Assembly (NCBI GenBank): GCA_965219455.1
Contig: OZ244744.1
Location: 3,520,001 to 3,584,000 of the forward strand
DNA: 64,000 nucleotides
Direction: 5' to 3'
Origin: Candidatus Latescibacterota bacterium
Lineage (GTDB): Bacteria; Latescibacterota; UBA2968; GCA-2709665
Each line of letters starts with the position of its first letter. The first letter of the stretch is position 1. The notes beneath the pieces are model-generated. The model did not search any database and was not told the DNA's origin. It saw only the letters and a program-made list of their open reading frames with translations. The position numbers and the translations under genes are program-made. Shown in pieces: positions 26,915 through 37,329 of this stretch.

Positions 26915-27749
26915 TAAGGGTGGTTTGAATCTCGTAGATGGAGCCGCCCCTTGGTGCCGGTGGATAGGGTACCCGGACGGGAACATCCGTAAGACGGGGT
27001 TCGTACGTGGGTCTTCCGGCGACGATCTTCGCATTGAATGCCTCCCAGTCCGTTACCGGGGGCACAAGGGGCAAGGCGTCCACGGCGGCGTACGCAAACA
27101 GCAGCAGACGGCGGGGTCGGCTTGACGTGTTGGGTACTGAGCCGTGCAGCGCGCGAACGTGGTGGATCGAAACACCTCCGGCCCCGACTTCGATGGGTAC
27201 GGCACCCTCGGCGTTAAAGTCGGCTTCGGTTACGGCGCCCGCGAAATGTCCGTCCTGGTGGTGGTTGTAGACGCGTCCTCTGTGCGATCCGGGAATGGCC
27301 ATAAGACAGCCGTTCTCCAAGGTCATGGCGTCGATGGCGATTCCCACGGCCAGGAGGTCGTCGTTGGTGTGGGGGTAAAAGGCCCAGTCCTGGTGCCACT
27401 CGACGGGGCTGCCGAATTCCGCGGATTTCATGTTGAGTTTTTGTCCGTTGCAACGGATATTGGGGCCAATGAGCCGCGAAACGATCTCCATTAATCTCTT
27501 GTCGGATCGGGCTCGGGCATAGACCTCGTGCTGGTTCGTGGGTTCCTTGATCCGTCTGAGGCGAGGTGTTTCGGTGCAGTGCCCGGGTTCCAGGTCGAAT
27601 ACATCGTCGCTATGGGCCACCTGCCGGGATTTTTCGACAAAGTCATCCGTGATCCGCCTGAGGTCGTCAACCTCCTCTGTCGTAAACACCCCTTCCACGC
27701 CAAGAAAACCGTCGGCATGGTAAGCTTCGATCTGTTCCCGGGTGAGCAT
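26832..27749 (-). CDS. PhyH-family dioxygenase; last ~27 codons derived from the MITE
   Basis: YHADGF, WHQDWAFYPHTNDD, ENGCL..IPGSH, LHGS.PN.S..RR. Confidence 0.9.
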   Translation of the reverse strand: MLTREQIEAYHADGFLGVEGVFTTEEVDDLRRITDDFVEKSRQVAHSDDVFDLEPGHCTETPRLRRIKEPTNQHEVYARARSDKRLMEIVSRLIGPNIRCNGQKLNMKSAEFGSPVEWHQDWAFYPHTNDDLLAVGIAIDAMTLENGCLMAIPGSHRGRVYNHHQDGHFAGAVTEADFNAEGAVPIEVGAGGVSIHHVRALHGSVPNTSSRPRRLLLFAYAAVDALPLVPPVTDWEAFNAKIVAGRPTYEPRLTDVPVRVPYPPAPRGGSIYEIQTTLRSCFKITGEFPSASEKVTVKAGKSAHI

Positions 27750-28483
27750 GATCGAGTCCTTTCATGAACGGAGAATAGGCGTGAGGTACGATTTCACGTG
27801 AATAGGGTGAATATAAGGATTGAGTCGCGGATTCGCAACCGGCGATGTGCGAGTACGTGTGCGGACGGGAGAATACCAAAGGCAACGGAATAGTCCGGGA
27901 ACCCGCTTTGCGGGAATTGTGGAGCCGAGCGGGGTTTCCGCCTTGATCTTATCGGGAGGCATTTTTTGCTCCGCAAAGTTTAGAAGCGTTTGAGTAAGAG
28001 AGAGACGTTGGCGGGGTCTTTTCCAATCAGCGATTTCTGCTGTAACGTGGAGAATCCGATTGACACGTATGCACAATTTAGCCTATTTTAAGCTGTTCCC
28101 ACCGGTATAATATCGGTCTGTCAGACTCGGCCGACAGTCTTGCTCCCGTAACCATGTTCGGTTGTATTTTACTCGAATGCACGGCCAACCTTTGCAAAAT
28201 TGGCGACGATTGCAGACAGCAATTTCGCAACGCCAACGCGCGTCTGGCTCGTACGCACGACCATAGACGATGAGCGTTGTTTATCGCGCCGACAATTACG
28301 CCTGGAGTTGCCCGAAGAGCAACCCGCGAAAGTGGTGCCGGACGACCTTGGTTTGCAAAGTACGTCGCCGTCCCATCTAACGGGACGAAACGCCACATTC
28401 GACACTTGGTCCAAGAGTCTGACTGCGCGGAACGTGATTAAGTAGATCAACTCGACAACGACGCAATCCGGAGCAAGACACAA

Positions 28484-31183
28484 GTGAATATCACGACGCG
28501 TCCCAACTTAGATGCTGGCGCACCTGCGGGAGCACGATTCTACAGGTGTGCGCTTCAAGTGAACCCGCACCACTACGGCGGTACCTTCCGGGGGCAGCCC
28601 ACGGACGGTGACGCGATTAGCCACGCACAGGCCATTGTCGATAAGGCTGTCGAACTCGGCATCGAAGTACTAGCAATCACGGATCACAATGACGTGAGTG
28701 GGATCGCAGCCTTTCGGGCCGCCGCCGGGAATCGCTCGATTCATGTCTTCCCTGGTTTTGAGCTAATTTCCAGTGAGGGCGTGCATCTCTTGTGCCTTTA
28801 TCCTCCTGACGCCGACGATATCCAGCTCGGTCGTTATCTCGGTGAGTTCGGCATTCGCGGTACGAGTCCATCCTCCGATTTAGCCAATCAGACGTTTACG
28901 GAGGTGTTGGAGGTCGTACGTAGCCAGGGGGGGATTTCCATCGCAGCGCACGTTTTGAACGATGGTGGCCTCTTCAGGGTTTTATCCGGGCAGGCAAGAG
29001 TTCGCGCCTGGCAGGACGAAAACCTTCTCGCAATCCAGATTTCGGGCCTGATCCAGGATCTACCGCAGGACATTCGCCCAATCGTGGAGAACCGGAACAC
29101 CGACTATCGCCGCCCTCACTCACCCGAAGACGGCCTATCGATCGCTGTCGTCAATGCGAAAGACATCGTGAAACCGGAACAACTCGATGGTCGGTCGGCT
29201 ACTTGTTGGATCAAGATGCAGGAAGTCACTATCGACGGATTGCGCCAAGCCTTCCTGGATCCTGGATCGCGCATTCGTCTGAACCCCAGGAAAGGAGAGT
29301 TTCAGCCCGACGAGCACATGGAGATAGTCACTGTGGCTTGGGAAGGCGGATTTCTGGACGGGGTGACCATGCATCTCAATCCTAATCTGAACGTGCTCAT
29401 TGGCGGGCGCGGCACGGGGAAATCTACCGTTGTCGAAAGCATCCGCAGCGCACTTGGACTTGATCCTATCGGCGACGAGGCGCGCAAGGCCCATGACGGA
29501 ATCATGCGCCAGGTGCTACGCAACGGGACGAAGATATCACTTCGAGTCCGCGTCCAGCGTCCCGGGGTTCGCGAATATCGGATCGAGCGGACCATACCCA
29601 ATCCGCCATTGGTCCGGGAAGCGAGCGGCGAGGTGCTGAACCGTGCGCCAGCGGACATTCTTCCGCGAGTCGAAGCCTATGGTCAGCACGAGATTTCGGA
29701 ACTTGCAAGAAGCCCCGATAAGCTCACGCGCTTGCTTGATCGCTTCGTCGAGCGTGACGAATCACTTTCGCGTCGCAAGACGTCGCTGCTTACTGGGCTC
29801 GCGAAGAATCGCGGCGCATTGTGCGACACCCGTAGTGAGATTGAATCGGCTGAAGAGCGCCTTGCCGCGCTTCCCTGACTGAAGGAAACGCTTGAACGAT
29901 TTCAGGAAGTGGGACTTGAAGAGCGTCTGCGAGAGCAAAGCTTGCTCGTGCGAGAGGAACGCGTGATTGGTTCCGTTCCTCAACGTCTGGCGCCGTTCCG
30001 GGAGGCACTGGATATCTTGCGTAGAGATCTGCCGATAGATTTGACATTTCTGTCGGAGCGAGCGCTTGAGGAACTGCCTGGCAGGGATATTCTTTCCCAG
30101 GCGAACAAGGCACTTACCGATCTCGGGGAGGAAGTTGGCCGTATTGCAGATAGCCTGGAGCAGGCTTTGGAGGGCGCTGATCACGGCATCGACCAGGTGC
30201 GGACCACCTGGGACGTGCGCAGGCAGCAGGTTCAGGCCGAGTACGAACGCATCCTGCGCGAACTTCAGAAATCGCGAGTGGACGGAGAGGAATTCATCCG
30301 CCTTCGGCGCCAGATCGAGGAACTGAGGCCGCTTCAAGAGCGGCTTGTAGTTCTGCGGAGATTGGCGAAGGAACACGCCGACCAACGTCGCACGTTGCTT
30401 GCGGAGTGGGAAGACATCAAGGCCTCAGAGTTCCGCACCCTGGACGAGGCCGCCGGGAAGGTCAGCAACAAACTTCGCAACCGCGTACAGGTGGAGGTGA
30501 CGGGCGCGGGAAACCGTGAGCCGCTTTTTCAGATGCTGCGCGACGAGATCGGAGGTCGCATGTCGGAGGCCGTTGAGAGTCTTCGCAGGGCTCCCGAGCT
30601 TTCGCTTACGCAATTCGTCGAAGCGTGCCGATCCGGCGCCGAGGCGTTGCGCAATAGGTACGGCATCACGCCTGGCCAGGCGGAACGTTTCGCCGCCGGG
30701 GAGCGGGAAGTGTTTATGAAAATCGAGGAACTGGAGCTTGCGCCGACGACTGCGATCCGACTCAACACCGCGCCGGCGGGGGAGGCACCCGCATGGAAAC
30801 ACCTCGACGATCTATCTACGGGACAGAAGGCAACCGCTGTTCTTCTTCTTCTTCTTGAGTCGGGTACTCCACTGATCGTGGACCAGCCGGAGGATGATCT
30901 TGACAACCGCTTCATCACTGAGGGCGTCGTGCCGCGCATGCGCGAGGAGAAGCAACGGCGGCAGTTTATCTTCTCGACGCACAACGCAAACATTCCTGTG
31001 CTCGGCGACGCCGAGTTGATCCTCGGACTCTCGGCCGCCGGTGAGGCGAAAGATGGTCGGCCACGTGTCGCGTCCGAGCATGTGGGTTCGATCGATTCTC
31101 GAACCGTTCGTGAACTCGTGGAGGAGATCCTTGAGGGCGGTCGCGAGGCGTTCGAGACGCGGCGCCGAAAGTACGGATTCTGA
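28484..31183 (+). pseudogene. PHP-domain + SMC-like ABC ATPase (Ppl/TrlF-like defence protein), interrupted by one in-frame TGA at 29876-29878
   Basis: PHP motifs AITDHN, PGFE, HLLC, AAH; Walker A GGRGTGKS; LSTGQK and IVDQPEDDLDN, STHNAN; ORFs 28484-29878 and 29909-31183 share one frame (899 codons joined). Confidence 0.8.
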
Positions 31184-31186
31184 CCG

Positions 31187-32467
31187 ATGAACAGAACGGA
31201 GATGCTCGAACTCGTCGCCAATGGGGAGAACTCCCGCGTAGAATTCAAGCGAGACGACTGCCATCCGGATGACGTCACCAAGGAAATGTCCGCGCTGTTG
31301 AATCTTGAGGGCGGCGTCATCCTGCTTGGCGTGGAGAAGGACCAGCGAATCACTGGACTGACCCGGAACCGCGAGACGGCGGAGGAGTGGGTGATGAATA
31401 CCGCTCGAAACAACCTTCAACCGCCAACAACGCCGGTATGGACTTCGATAACGATGGAAGACGGCAGCATTGTGGGCGTAGTAGAGCTTCCCGCCGACAG
31501 TCCCGGCAAACCTCACAAGGCAAGGCGAGGGGGGGCGTGGGTCTCGTTCACGCGTGTCGGCAGTGAATCGAACAGGGCCACACGAGAGGAGGAAGCCAGA
31601 CTCTATCAGGCCGCCCGTCTGGTTCGATACGAGATAAAGCCGGTACCGGATATGGGACTGGAGTGTCTCGACTTTGATCGGATTGAGAACTACTTTAGTG
31701 AGATCCTGAACCGATCCGCCCCAGGTCCCGCCGACGTTGAGAGCTGGCGGCGACTTCTACTCAACTCTGACTTGCTGGTTGCTGCCGGAGACGGTGAAAA
31801 CGCGTCAGTTGCGGGCCTCTTACTGTTCGGCGAGAACCCGAACCGCCGTCTGCCGCAGGCTGGCGTGACGGCAGCGGCGTTCCCGGGCGTAGAGAAGGAC
31901 TACAACATGATTGACGAAGAGCGGATTCGCGGACCGCTTGTCTCGATCATCTCCAAACGTAGTGCGGCGGTCGAAAAAGGTGTGATCGACCGCACGGTGG
32001 ATTTCGTGAAACGCAACATGGGTAGCAAAGCGTGGCTCGAAGACGCCCGTCGCCGCCGCAAGGGGGCTTTCCCGCTCGAAGCGGTACGGGAAGCGGTGGT
32101 GAACGCAGTGGCGCATCGTGACTACGCGCGGGAGGGTACCGACATCGAAGTCTCTCTGTACGCGGATCGACTCGAAGTCATTTCGCCTGGACGGCTTCCG
32201 AATGGCGTCACCGTTGACAAGATGAGAGAGGGCGTAGTGCGGGTAGCCCGTAACGAGTTGCTCAAGGAGATTCTCCGAGACTACCGCTATATCGAGCATC
32301 AAGGTATGGGCGTTCGCAATCGGATAATCGAGCCAATGCGGCGCCACAATGGCACAGAACCGGATCTGGAAGAGGACGACGATCGCTTTGTCGTTCGGCT
32401 TTGGGAAGGACCGTGGACACGCAGAAACGGGAGGAGAGACGATGTAGACGTCTGTAGTAGGGGCTGA
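31187..32467 (+). CDS. AlbA_2 (Schlafen-like) domain + HATPase_c_4 (RecG C-terminal-like) protein
   Basis: GENSRVEFK, ALLN.EGG.ILLGV; REAVVNAVAHRDY, EVISPGRLP, RN..L, EHQGMGV. Confidence 0.85.
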   Translation: MNRTEMLELVANGENSRVEFKRDDCHPDDVTKEMSALLNLEGGVILLGVEKDQRITGLTRNRETAEEWVMNTARNNLQPPTTPVWTSITMEDGSIVGVVELPADSPGKPHKARRGGAWVSFTRVGSESNRATREEEARLYQAARLVRYEIKPVPDMGLECLDFDRIENYFSEILNRSAPGPADVESWRRLLLNSDLLVAAGDGENASVAGLLLFGENPNRRLPQAGVTAAAFPGVEKDYNMIDEERIRGPLVSIISKRSAAVEKGVIDRTVDFVKRNMGSKAWLEDARRRRKGAFPLEAVREAVVNAVAHRDYAREGTDIEVSLYADRLEVISPGRLPNGVTVDKMREGVVRVARNELLKEILRDYRYIEHQGMGVRNRIIEPMRRHNGTEPDLEEDDDRFVVRLWEGPWTRRNGRRDDVDVCSRG

Positions 32468-33059
32468 TCGCGGTGGCGCTAACTATGCGAGAGATTTCCG
32501 CCTTAAGTGTGCGCGACAAGGACATCTAACGTGGCCACATCAGCCATCCGCGTCTCTTGAGCGCGCAAGGTCCCCAAACGGTGTTCCACGCCGTCGTGTT
32601 CGCCTTCCCAGTTTCCCACCCCGCCGATTTCGTCCCGCATGAACAATATCGGCTCCTTCACGATTATCAAGACGCTGGCCTCCCCAAGGCATGTGGACAA
32701 CCAACGCCAGCAGTCTGCAATCATCGATTCAGATCGGCTCGACGTCTGGCGCGAACCACTTGCTGGTTCCTGCGTGAGACACCTTGTCGCTGTGAGGGTT
32801 AACGGCGTCAGGGAAAAAGACACGGATATTCTTTCTCCCATTTCGGAGTGATATTTCGGTTGACCGAGATTGCAGCAGTGGGCTGCACAGTGCTTCCGCG
32901 TCGAATTTTACTGATCGGTGTGAGGGAAACCCGCCTCAGCTGCGTTTTCGGATTGAGCAAGCATGTCGGTTGGCCGACGATGTTGAGATTTGGATGTTTT
33001 TTATTTGGGCGACGGCGGCGGGTAATACAAGGAAGAAGGTCTTGCTCCAGGAGTCAGAA

Positions 33060-33455
33060 ATGTCCGGTCGCAAAATACGCGTTCTGATTGCAAAGTTAGG
33101 TCTGGACGGGCACGACCGGGGCGCCAAGGTCGTGGCGCGCGCGCTGCGGGATGCGGGGATGGAAGTCATTTATACTGGCCTGCACCGCACGGCGGACGAG
33201 GTGGTAAACACCGCGATCCAGGAAGACGTGGATGTGTTGGGCATCAGTTCTCTTTCGGGAGCCCATCTGACGATCTTTCCCAAGGTGATGGATCTCCTTC
33301 GGGCGCGGGGTGCGGATGACATTCTGCTGGTGGGCGGCGGCATCATTACGCCGGCCGACCAGGAGGCTCTCAAGGCCGGAGGACTGGCGTTCTTCTGGGG
33401 CCCGGGAACGCATACGGGCGACATTGTCGCGCGACTCCGGGAAGCCGTGAAATGA
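33060..33455 (+). CDS. cobalamin-binding subunit of an acyl-CoA (methylmalonyl-CoA-type) mutase
   Basis: AKLGLDGHDRGAKVVARALRDAGMEVIYTG (DxHxxG), SSLSGAH, GGGII. Confidence 0.92.
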   Translation: MSGRKIRVLIAKLGLDGHDRGAKVVARALRDAGMEVIYTGLHRTADEVVNTAIQEDVDVLGISSLSGAHLTIFPKVMDLLRARGADDILLVGGGIITPADQEALKAGGLAFFWGPGTHTGDIVARLREAVK

Positions 33456-34384
33456 GAGATCTGGCCGCCCGAATCCTCGCGGGCGATATCCGTGCCGCCG
33501 CGCGTGCCATTTCGCTCATTGAGCGGCGGGAGACCGATTCGGCGCCCCTGCTTTCCGCCCTGTATCCTTCAACGGGCGGCGCCTACCGGATCGGCATAAC
33601 CGGTCCGCCCGGAGCGGGCAAGAGTACGCTCGCGGGTCGTCTCGCGACGGGCTTTCGGGACGCCGGAAGGGCGGTGGGTATTCTGGCCGTGGATATCGCC
33701 AGCCCGTTTTCCGGCGGCGCCCTGCTGGGAGATCGGATCAGGATGCAGGGACTGTCGAGCGACCCGGCGGTGTTTATTCGAAGTATGGGGAACGAGGGTC
33801 TGCCGGGTGGGCTGTGCCGGGCCGCGCGGGACGCGGTGCGGGTGATGGAAGCCATGGGAAAGGACCTGGTGCTCGTGGAGACTGCGGGGGTCGGGCAGAC
33901 CGACGTGGATGTGGCCTATTGCGTAGATGCCGTTGTGCTGACCCTTGTGCCCGAGTCGGGTGATGAGATCCAGGTGCTGAAAGCGGGCGTGATGGAAATT
34001 GCAGACGTGATAGCGCTGAATAAATCCGACCGTCCCGGGGCGGACAGATTGGTGGGAGAACTCAGGGAAACCCTTCATGCGCGTGGCGAAGTCGACGGCT
34101 GGGAAGGGCGGCTTGTTCGTACGGTCGGCACGGACGGCAGGGGCGTTCAAGAGCTCTTCGAGACGCTTCAGGCGCGCTCGCGCCATCTGAAAACGGAGCA
34201 TAGGTTGGCAGCTTTGCGCGAACGACAGATCCGGCGTGAATTACAGGAGCGGGTGGAGGCGCGGCTGGCTCTAAGAATGGATGCCGCGCTGGCGCGGGAA
34301 TGCCTGGATCGCGCCGCGGCAAGGGTCCGCGTGGGGGACGACGATCCGTATAACGCCTTCGAGAGGTTGATGTGCGAAATGTGA
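33452..34384 (+). CDS. meaB: methylmalonyl-CoA mutase-associated GTPase MeaB
   Basis: GITGPPGAGKST, SPFSGGALLGDRIRM, VETAGVGQ, KAGVMEIAD, NKSD. Confidence 0.9.
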   Translation: MRDLAARILAGDIRAAARAISLIERRETDSAPLLSALYPSTGGAYRIGITGPPGAGKSTLAGRLATGFRDAGRAVGILAVDIASPFSGGALLGDRIRMQGLSSDPAVFIRSMGNEGLPGGLCRAARDAVRVMEAMGKDLVLVETAGVGQTDVDVAYCVDAVVLTLVPESGDEIQVLKAGVMEIADVIALNKSDRPGADRLVGELRETLHARGEVDGWEGRLVRTVGTDGRGVQELFETLQARSRHLKTEHRLAALRERQIRRELQERVEARLALRMDAALARECLDRAAARVRVGDDDPYNAFERLMCEM

Positions 34385-34591
34385 GTCCTCAACGGACTGG
34401 ATCGGCCTGGACGCCCGAACTTGGCGGGTCGAATGTCCGCGCAGGACACAAAATGAGGCTGCCGGAGCAGACTGCGGTCGCGATCAGAAGTGATTCGTAA
34501 GCCGAAACGCGTACCAGATGGTGCTTTGTGATGAGACGATGGAACATCACCGGCAGGCAAGGCTGGAAATTCAGATAAGGTAGCACGATTG

Positions 34592-35554
34592 ATGGCAATC
34601 AACAGAGATAAACCGGACCGGTGGAAAAAGGACATTGCGCGGTCGGTGGACATGTTCAACGACTGGTTTATGCGCTTTGCACCGGAGGCTTACCGTTCGA
34701 CGCGGACGCAAACCGCAAAGGACGTCGAGGCGACCCTCGATGCGACCAAAAACTTAACGTATGTCGGAGTGGAACTGCTGAGATCGAAACCATCGGTGTT
34801 GCCGTCATTGCGCATGTCGACTTGCCCGCCTCTGGCCGTGGACCGACTGATCGGCCTTGCCGGCGTCTCCAAAAACTTGGTCAGGTCGATGGATAAAGAT
34901 AACAGACTCCCGCCGCGAATGCCGGATCGGAAGCTGAACAGCGACCTTGAGAAGATTGCAAAGGTCTTAGAGAAGATGGCTGACCCGGATGTCTTTGTTT
35001 GGTTGGAGCGTAGGGACAATCCGTCCGAACAGGAATTCTACCGGGCGACGACGATCGTGGCTGATCGCTTGTGCGGGGCCATTGCCAATCCAATCATCCG
35101 AAACGCGCAGGAAAAACGTCAGCTCGCCGCGATTGACAAGTGGTTAAAGGATCTGGAATACGAGAATCTGCCGGCTGGTAGCGGCACGAAGTATGACGCC
35201 CTGCGGCCGGGAACGTACTCGTTCCGGCTCAACGTGCCGGTAGAGCAGGAAGCGACCGGAGATACGATCAATATTCCTGTGGACGCGGTTGTGATGCCCA
35301 AAGCAGCGAAGACAGGCGACTTGCCTGTACTGATTGAAGCAAAGTCGGCGGGTGATTTCACGAATGTCAACAAGCGACGGAAAGAAGAAGCGACTAAGAT
35401 GAACCAATTGCGCCGGACCTACGGGAACAACGTTCGCTACATCCTGTTTCTGTGCGGGTATTTTGATAGTAGCTATCTCGGCTATGAGGCGGCGGAAGGC
35501 ATTGACTGGGTCTGGGAACATCGTATCAACGATCTCGGCGAGCTTGGATTGTAA
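34592..35554 (+). CDS. XamI-family type II restriction endonuclease
   Basis: WKKDIARSVDMFNDWF, LRMSTCPPLAVDRLIG, PVDAVV...IEAKSAGDFTNVNKRRKEE (PD-D/ExK-like). Confidence 0.8.
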   Translation: MAINRDKPDRWKKDIARSVDMFNDWFMRFAPEAYRSTRTQTAKDVEATLDATKNLTYVGVELLRSKPSVLPSLRMSTCPPLAVDRLIGLAGVSKNLVRSMDKDNRLPPRMPDRKLNSDLEKIAKVLEKMADPDVFVWLERRDNPSEQEFYRATTIVADRLCGAIANPIIRNAQEKRQLAAIDKWLKDLEYENLPAGSGTKYDALRPGTYSFRLNVPVEQEATGDTINIPVDAVVMPKAAKTGDLPVLIEAKSAGDFTNVNKRRKEEATKMNQLRRTYGNNVRYILFLCGYFDSSYLGYEAAEGIDWVWEHRINDLGELGL

Positions 35555-35557
35555 ATT

Positions 35558-37156
35558 ATGGAAAAGGCGGTTACAGGATTGGAGACGCGGCGGCTGGCAC
35601 TTCAGGAAGAACTGGATGCGAGAAGAGACGCAGCCGTACGAAACAGAATGGGGCAGTTCGCTACACCAACCAGCCTCGCTGTCGACATTCAGCGTTACGC
35701 GAAGGCGCGTCTCGGCAAGAACGAGAGATTGCGTTTCATCGACCCGGCGATCGGGACTGGTGCCTTCTACTCGGCGCTGCTGCACGAGTTTTCCCAAGCC
35801 CGTATCGACGCTGCCATTGGATATGAGATAGACCCGCATTACGGCAGGCCGGCAGCGAAGCTGTGGGGCAAGACGGGTCTGGAAATTATACTGGAGGACT
35901 TTACGTGGTCCGCCGCGCCAGAGGCTTCCGATCGGTTCAACCTGCTCATATGTAATCCGCCCTATGTGCGGCATCACCATATTGACAGTGGGGAGAAACA
36001 GCGGTTGAGGTCTCGCGCGCAAGCCTCTTCCGGCGTGAGAATTAACGGTCTGGCCGGGCTATACTGCTATTTCCTGTGCATAAGCCATATGTGGTTGACC
36101 GCCGGCGGCTTGGCCGGATGGTTGATCCCCAGCGAATTCATGGACGTAAAGTATGGGATAGGGGTGAAACGCTACCTGCTCGAGAAGGTGACGCTACATC
36201 ACATTCACCGCTTCGATCCGAATAACGTGCAATTTTGCAATGCGCTTGTGTCGTCGGCTGTCGTGTGGTTCCGGAACGAACCTCCTCGACCACAACATCA
36301 AGTTCGGTTCACCTATGGCGGAACACTTGAACAACCAGTGTTGGATCGGTTGGTTCCCCTCGAAACATTGCGCCGTGAGCCAAAATGGACACGTTTTCCT
36401 AAGAATCAGACCCATGAAGCAGCCGATGGACCGGTGCTGGGTGACTTCTTCAAGATAAAACGGGGTTTGGCTACGGGTAACAACAGCTATTTCATCCTGT
36501 CAGCCGAGCAGATCCGTCGGCGCCAGCTGCCGATGGATGCATTCAAGCCAATCCTGCCGAGCCCGCGATATGTGCCCGAAGACGAAGTCGAGGGCGATCG
36601 AATGGGCAATCCCCTTCTCAAACTGCGATTGTTCCTGCTCGATCCGCCGTGGACGGAGAGCGAAATCAAGAAACGCTATCCAAATCTTTGGGCATATCTG
36701 GAAGAAGGCAAGGCGGAGGGCGTTACTGATCGCTATATCTGTCGGCACCGGGCGCTGTGGTACAGGCAGGAATTCCGGCCGCCAGCTCCGTTCGTCTGTA
36801 CCTATATGGGCCGAAGCGACAGGAAGAGCGGAAGGCCGTTCCGTTTCATATTGAATAATTCGAAGGCAACGGCCGCAAACGTGTATTTGATGTTGTACCC
36901 GAAGGAACCTGTAAATCGCGTCATCCAGAAAAAGCCCCTACTGAAGCGGCAGGTCTGGGAGTTCCTTAACGAAATCTCTCCGCAGGTGATGCTCGGGGAG
37001 GGTCGCGTCTACGGAGGCGGACTGTATAAGCTGGAGCCAATGGAGTTGGCAAACGTCCCTGCGGACGCTATCGCCGAGCTGTTTCCCGAGTCGGCCAGGC
37101 CACGCCGGGCAAAGCAAGCTCATCTGTTTGACGAAACGACCCCGCACAGAACGTAA
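35558..37156 (+). CDS. N6-adenine DNA methyltransferase (gamma-type), cognate of the XamI-like REase
   Basis: GQFATP, IDPAIGTGAF, CNPPY, followed by TRD; 3 bp after the REase. Confidence 0.88.
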   Translation: MEKAVTGLETRRLALQEELDARRDAAVRNRMGQFATPTSLAVDIQRYAKARLGKNERLRFIDPAIGTGAFYSALLHEFSQARIDAAIGYEIDPHYGRPAAKLWGKTGLEIILEDFTWSAAPEASDRFNLLICNPPYVRHHHIDSGEKQRLRSRAQASSGVRINGLAGLYCYFLCISHMWLTAGGLAGWLIPSEFMDVKYGIGVKRYLLEKVTLHHIHRFDPNNVQFCNALVSSAVVWFRNEPPRPQHQVRFTYGGTLEQPVLDRLVPLETLRREPKWTRFPKNQTHEAADGPVLGDFFKIKRGLATGNNSYFILSAEQIRRRQLPMDAFKPILPSPRYVPEDEVEGDRMGNPLLKLRLFLLDPPWTESEIKKRYPNLWAYLEEGKAEGVTDRYICRHRALWYRQEFRPPAPFVCTYMGRSDRKSGRPFRFILNNSKATAANVYLMLYPKEPVNRVIQKKPLLKRQVWEFLNEISPQVMLGEGRVYGGGLYKLEPMELANVPADAIAELFPESARPRRAKQAHLFDETTPHRT

Positions 37157-37329
37157 TCGCCAACAGCAACAGGTGATGGATGCAGTCTTAGACTGAGTGG
37201 ACCATCGCAATGGCTCCAAAGGCCCAACACCCGCTAATTTCCCAGCCATAGAGTGTGTGGCGTTCCGGGTTTTGTCAGAGGGCCTTTGCGGGACGGTGTG
37301 TTTGAGACTCGAAACGTGAGGACCGACGA

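Noticed and set aside
29876-29910. Selenocysteine decoding of the in-frame TGA (weak CTGAAG...TTTCAG hairpin follows)
   Set aside because: The codon lies in a coiled-coil with no Cys/redox context and the hairpin is weak; a nonsense change is simpler
30842-30856. (CTT)5 tract as a phase-variation switch
   Set aside because: It encodes the usual poly-Leu before Walker B and triplet slippage keeps the frame
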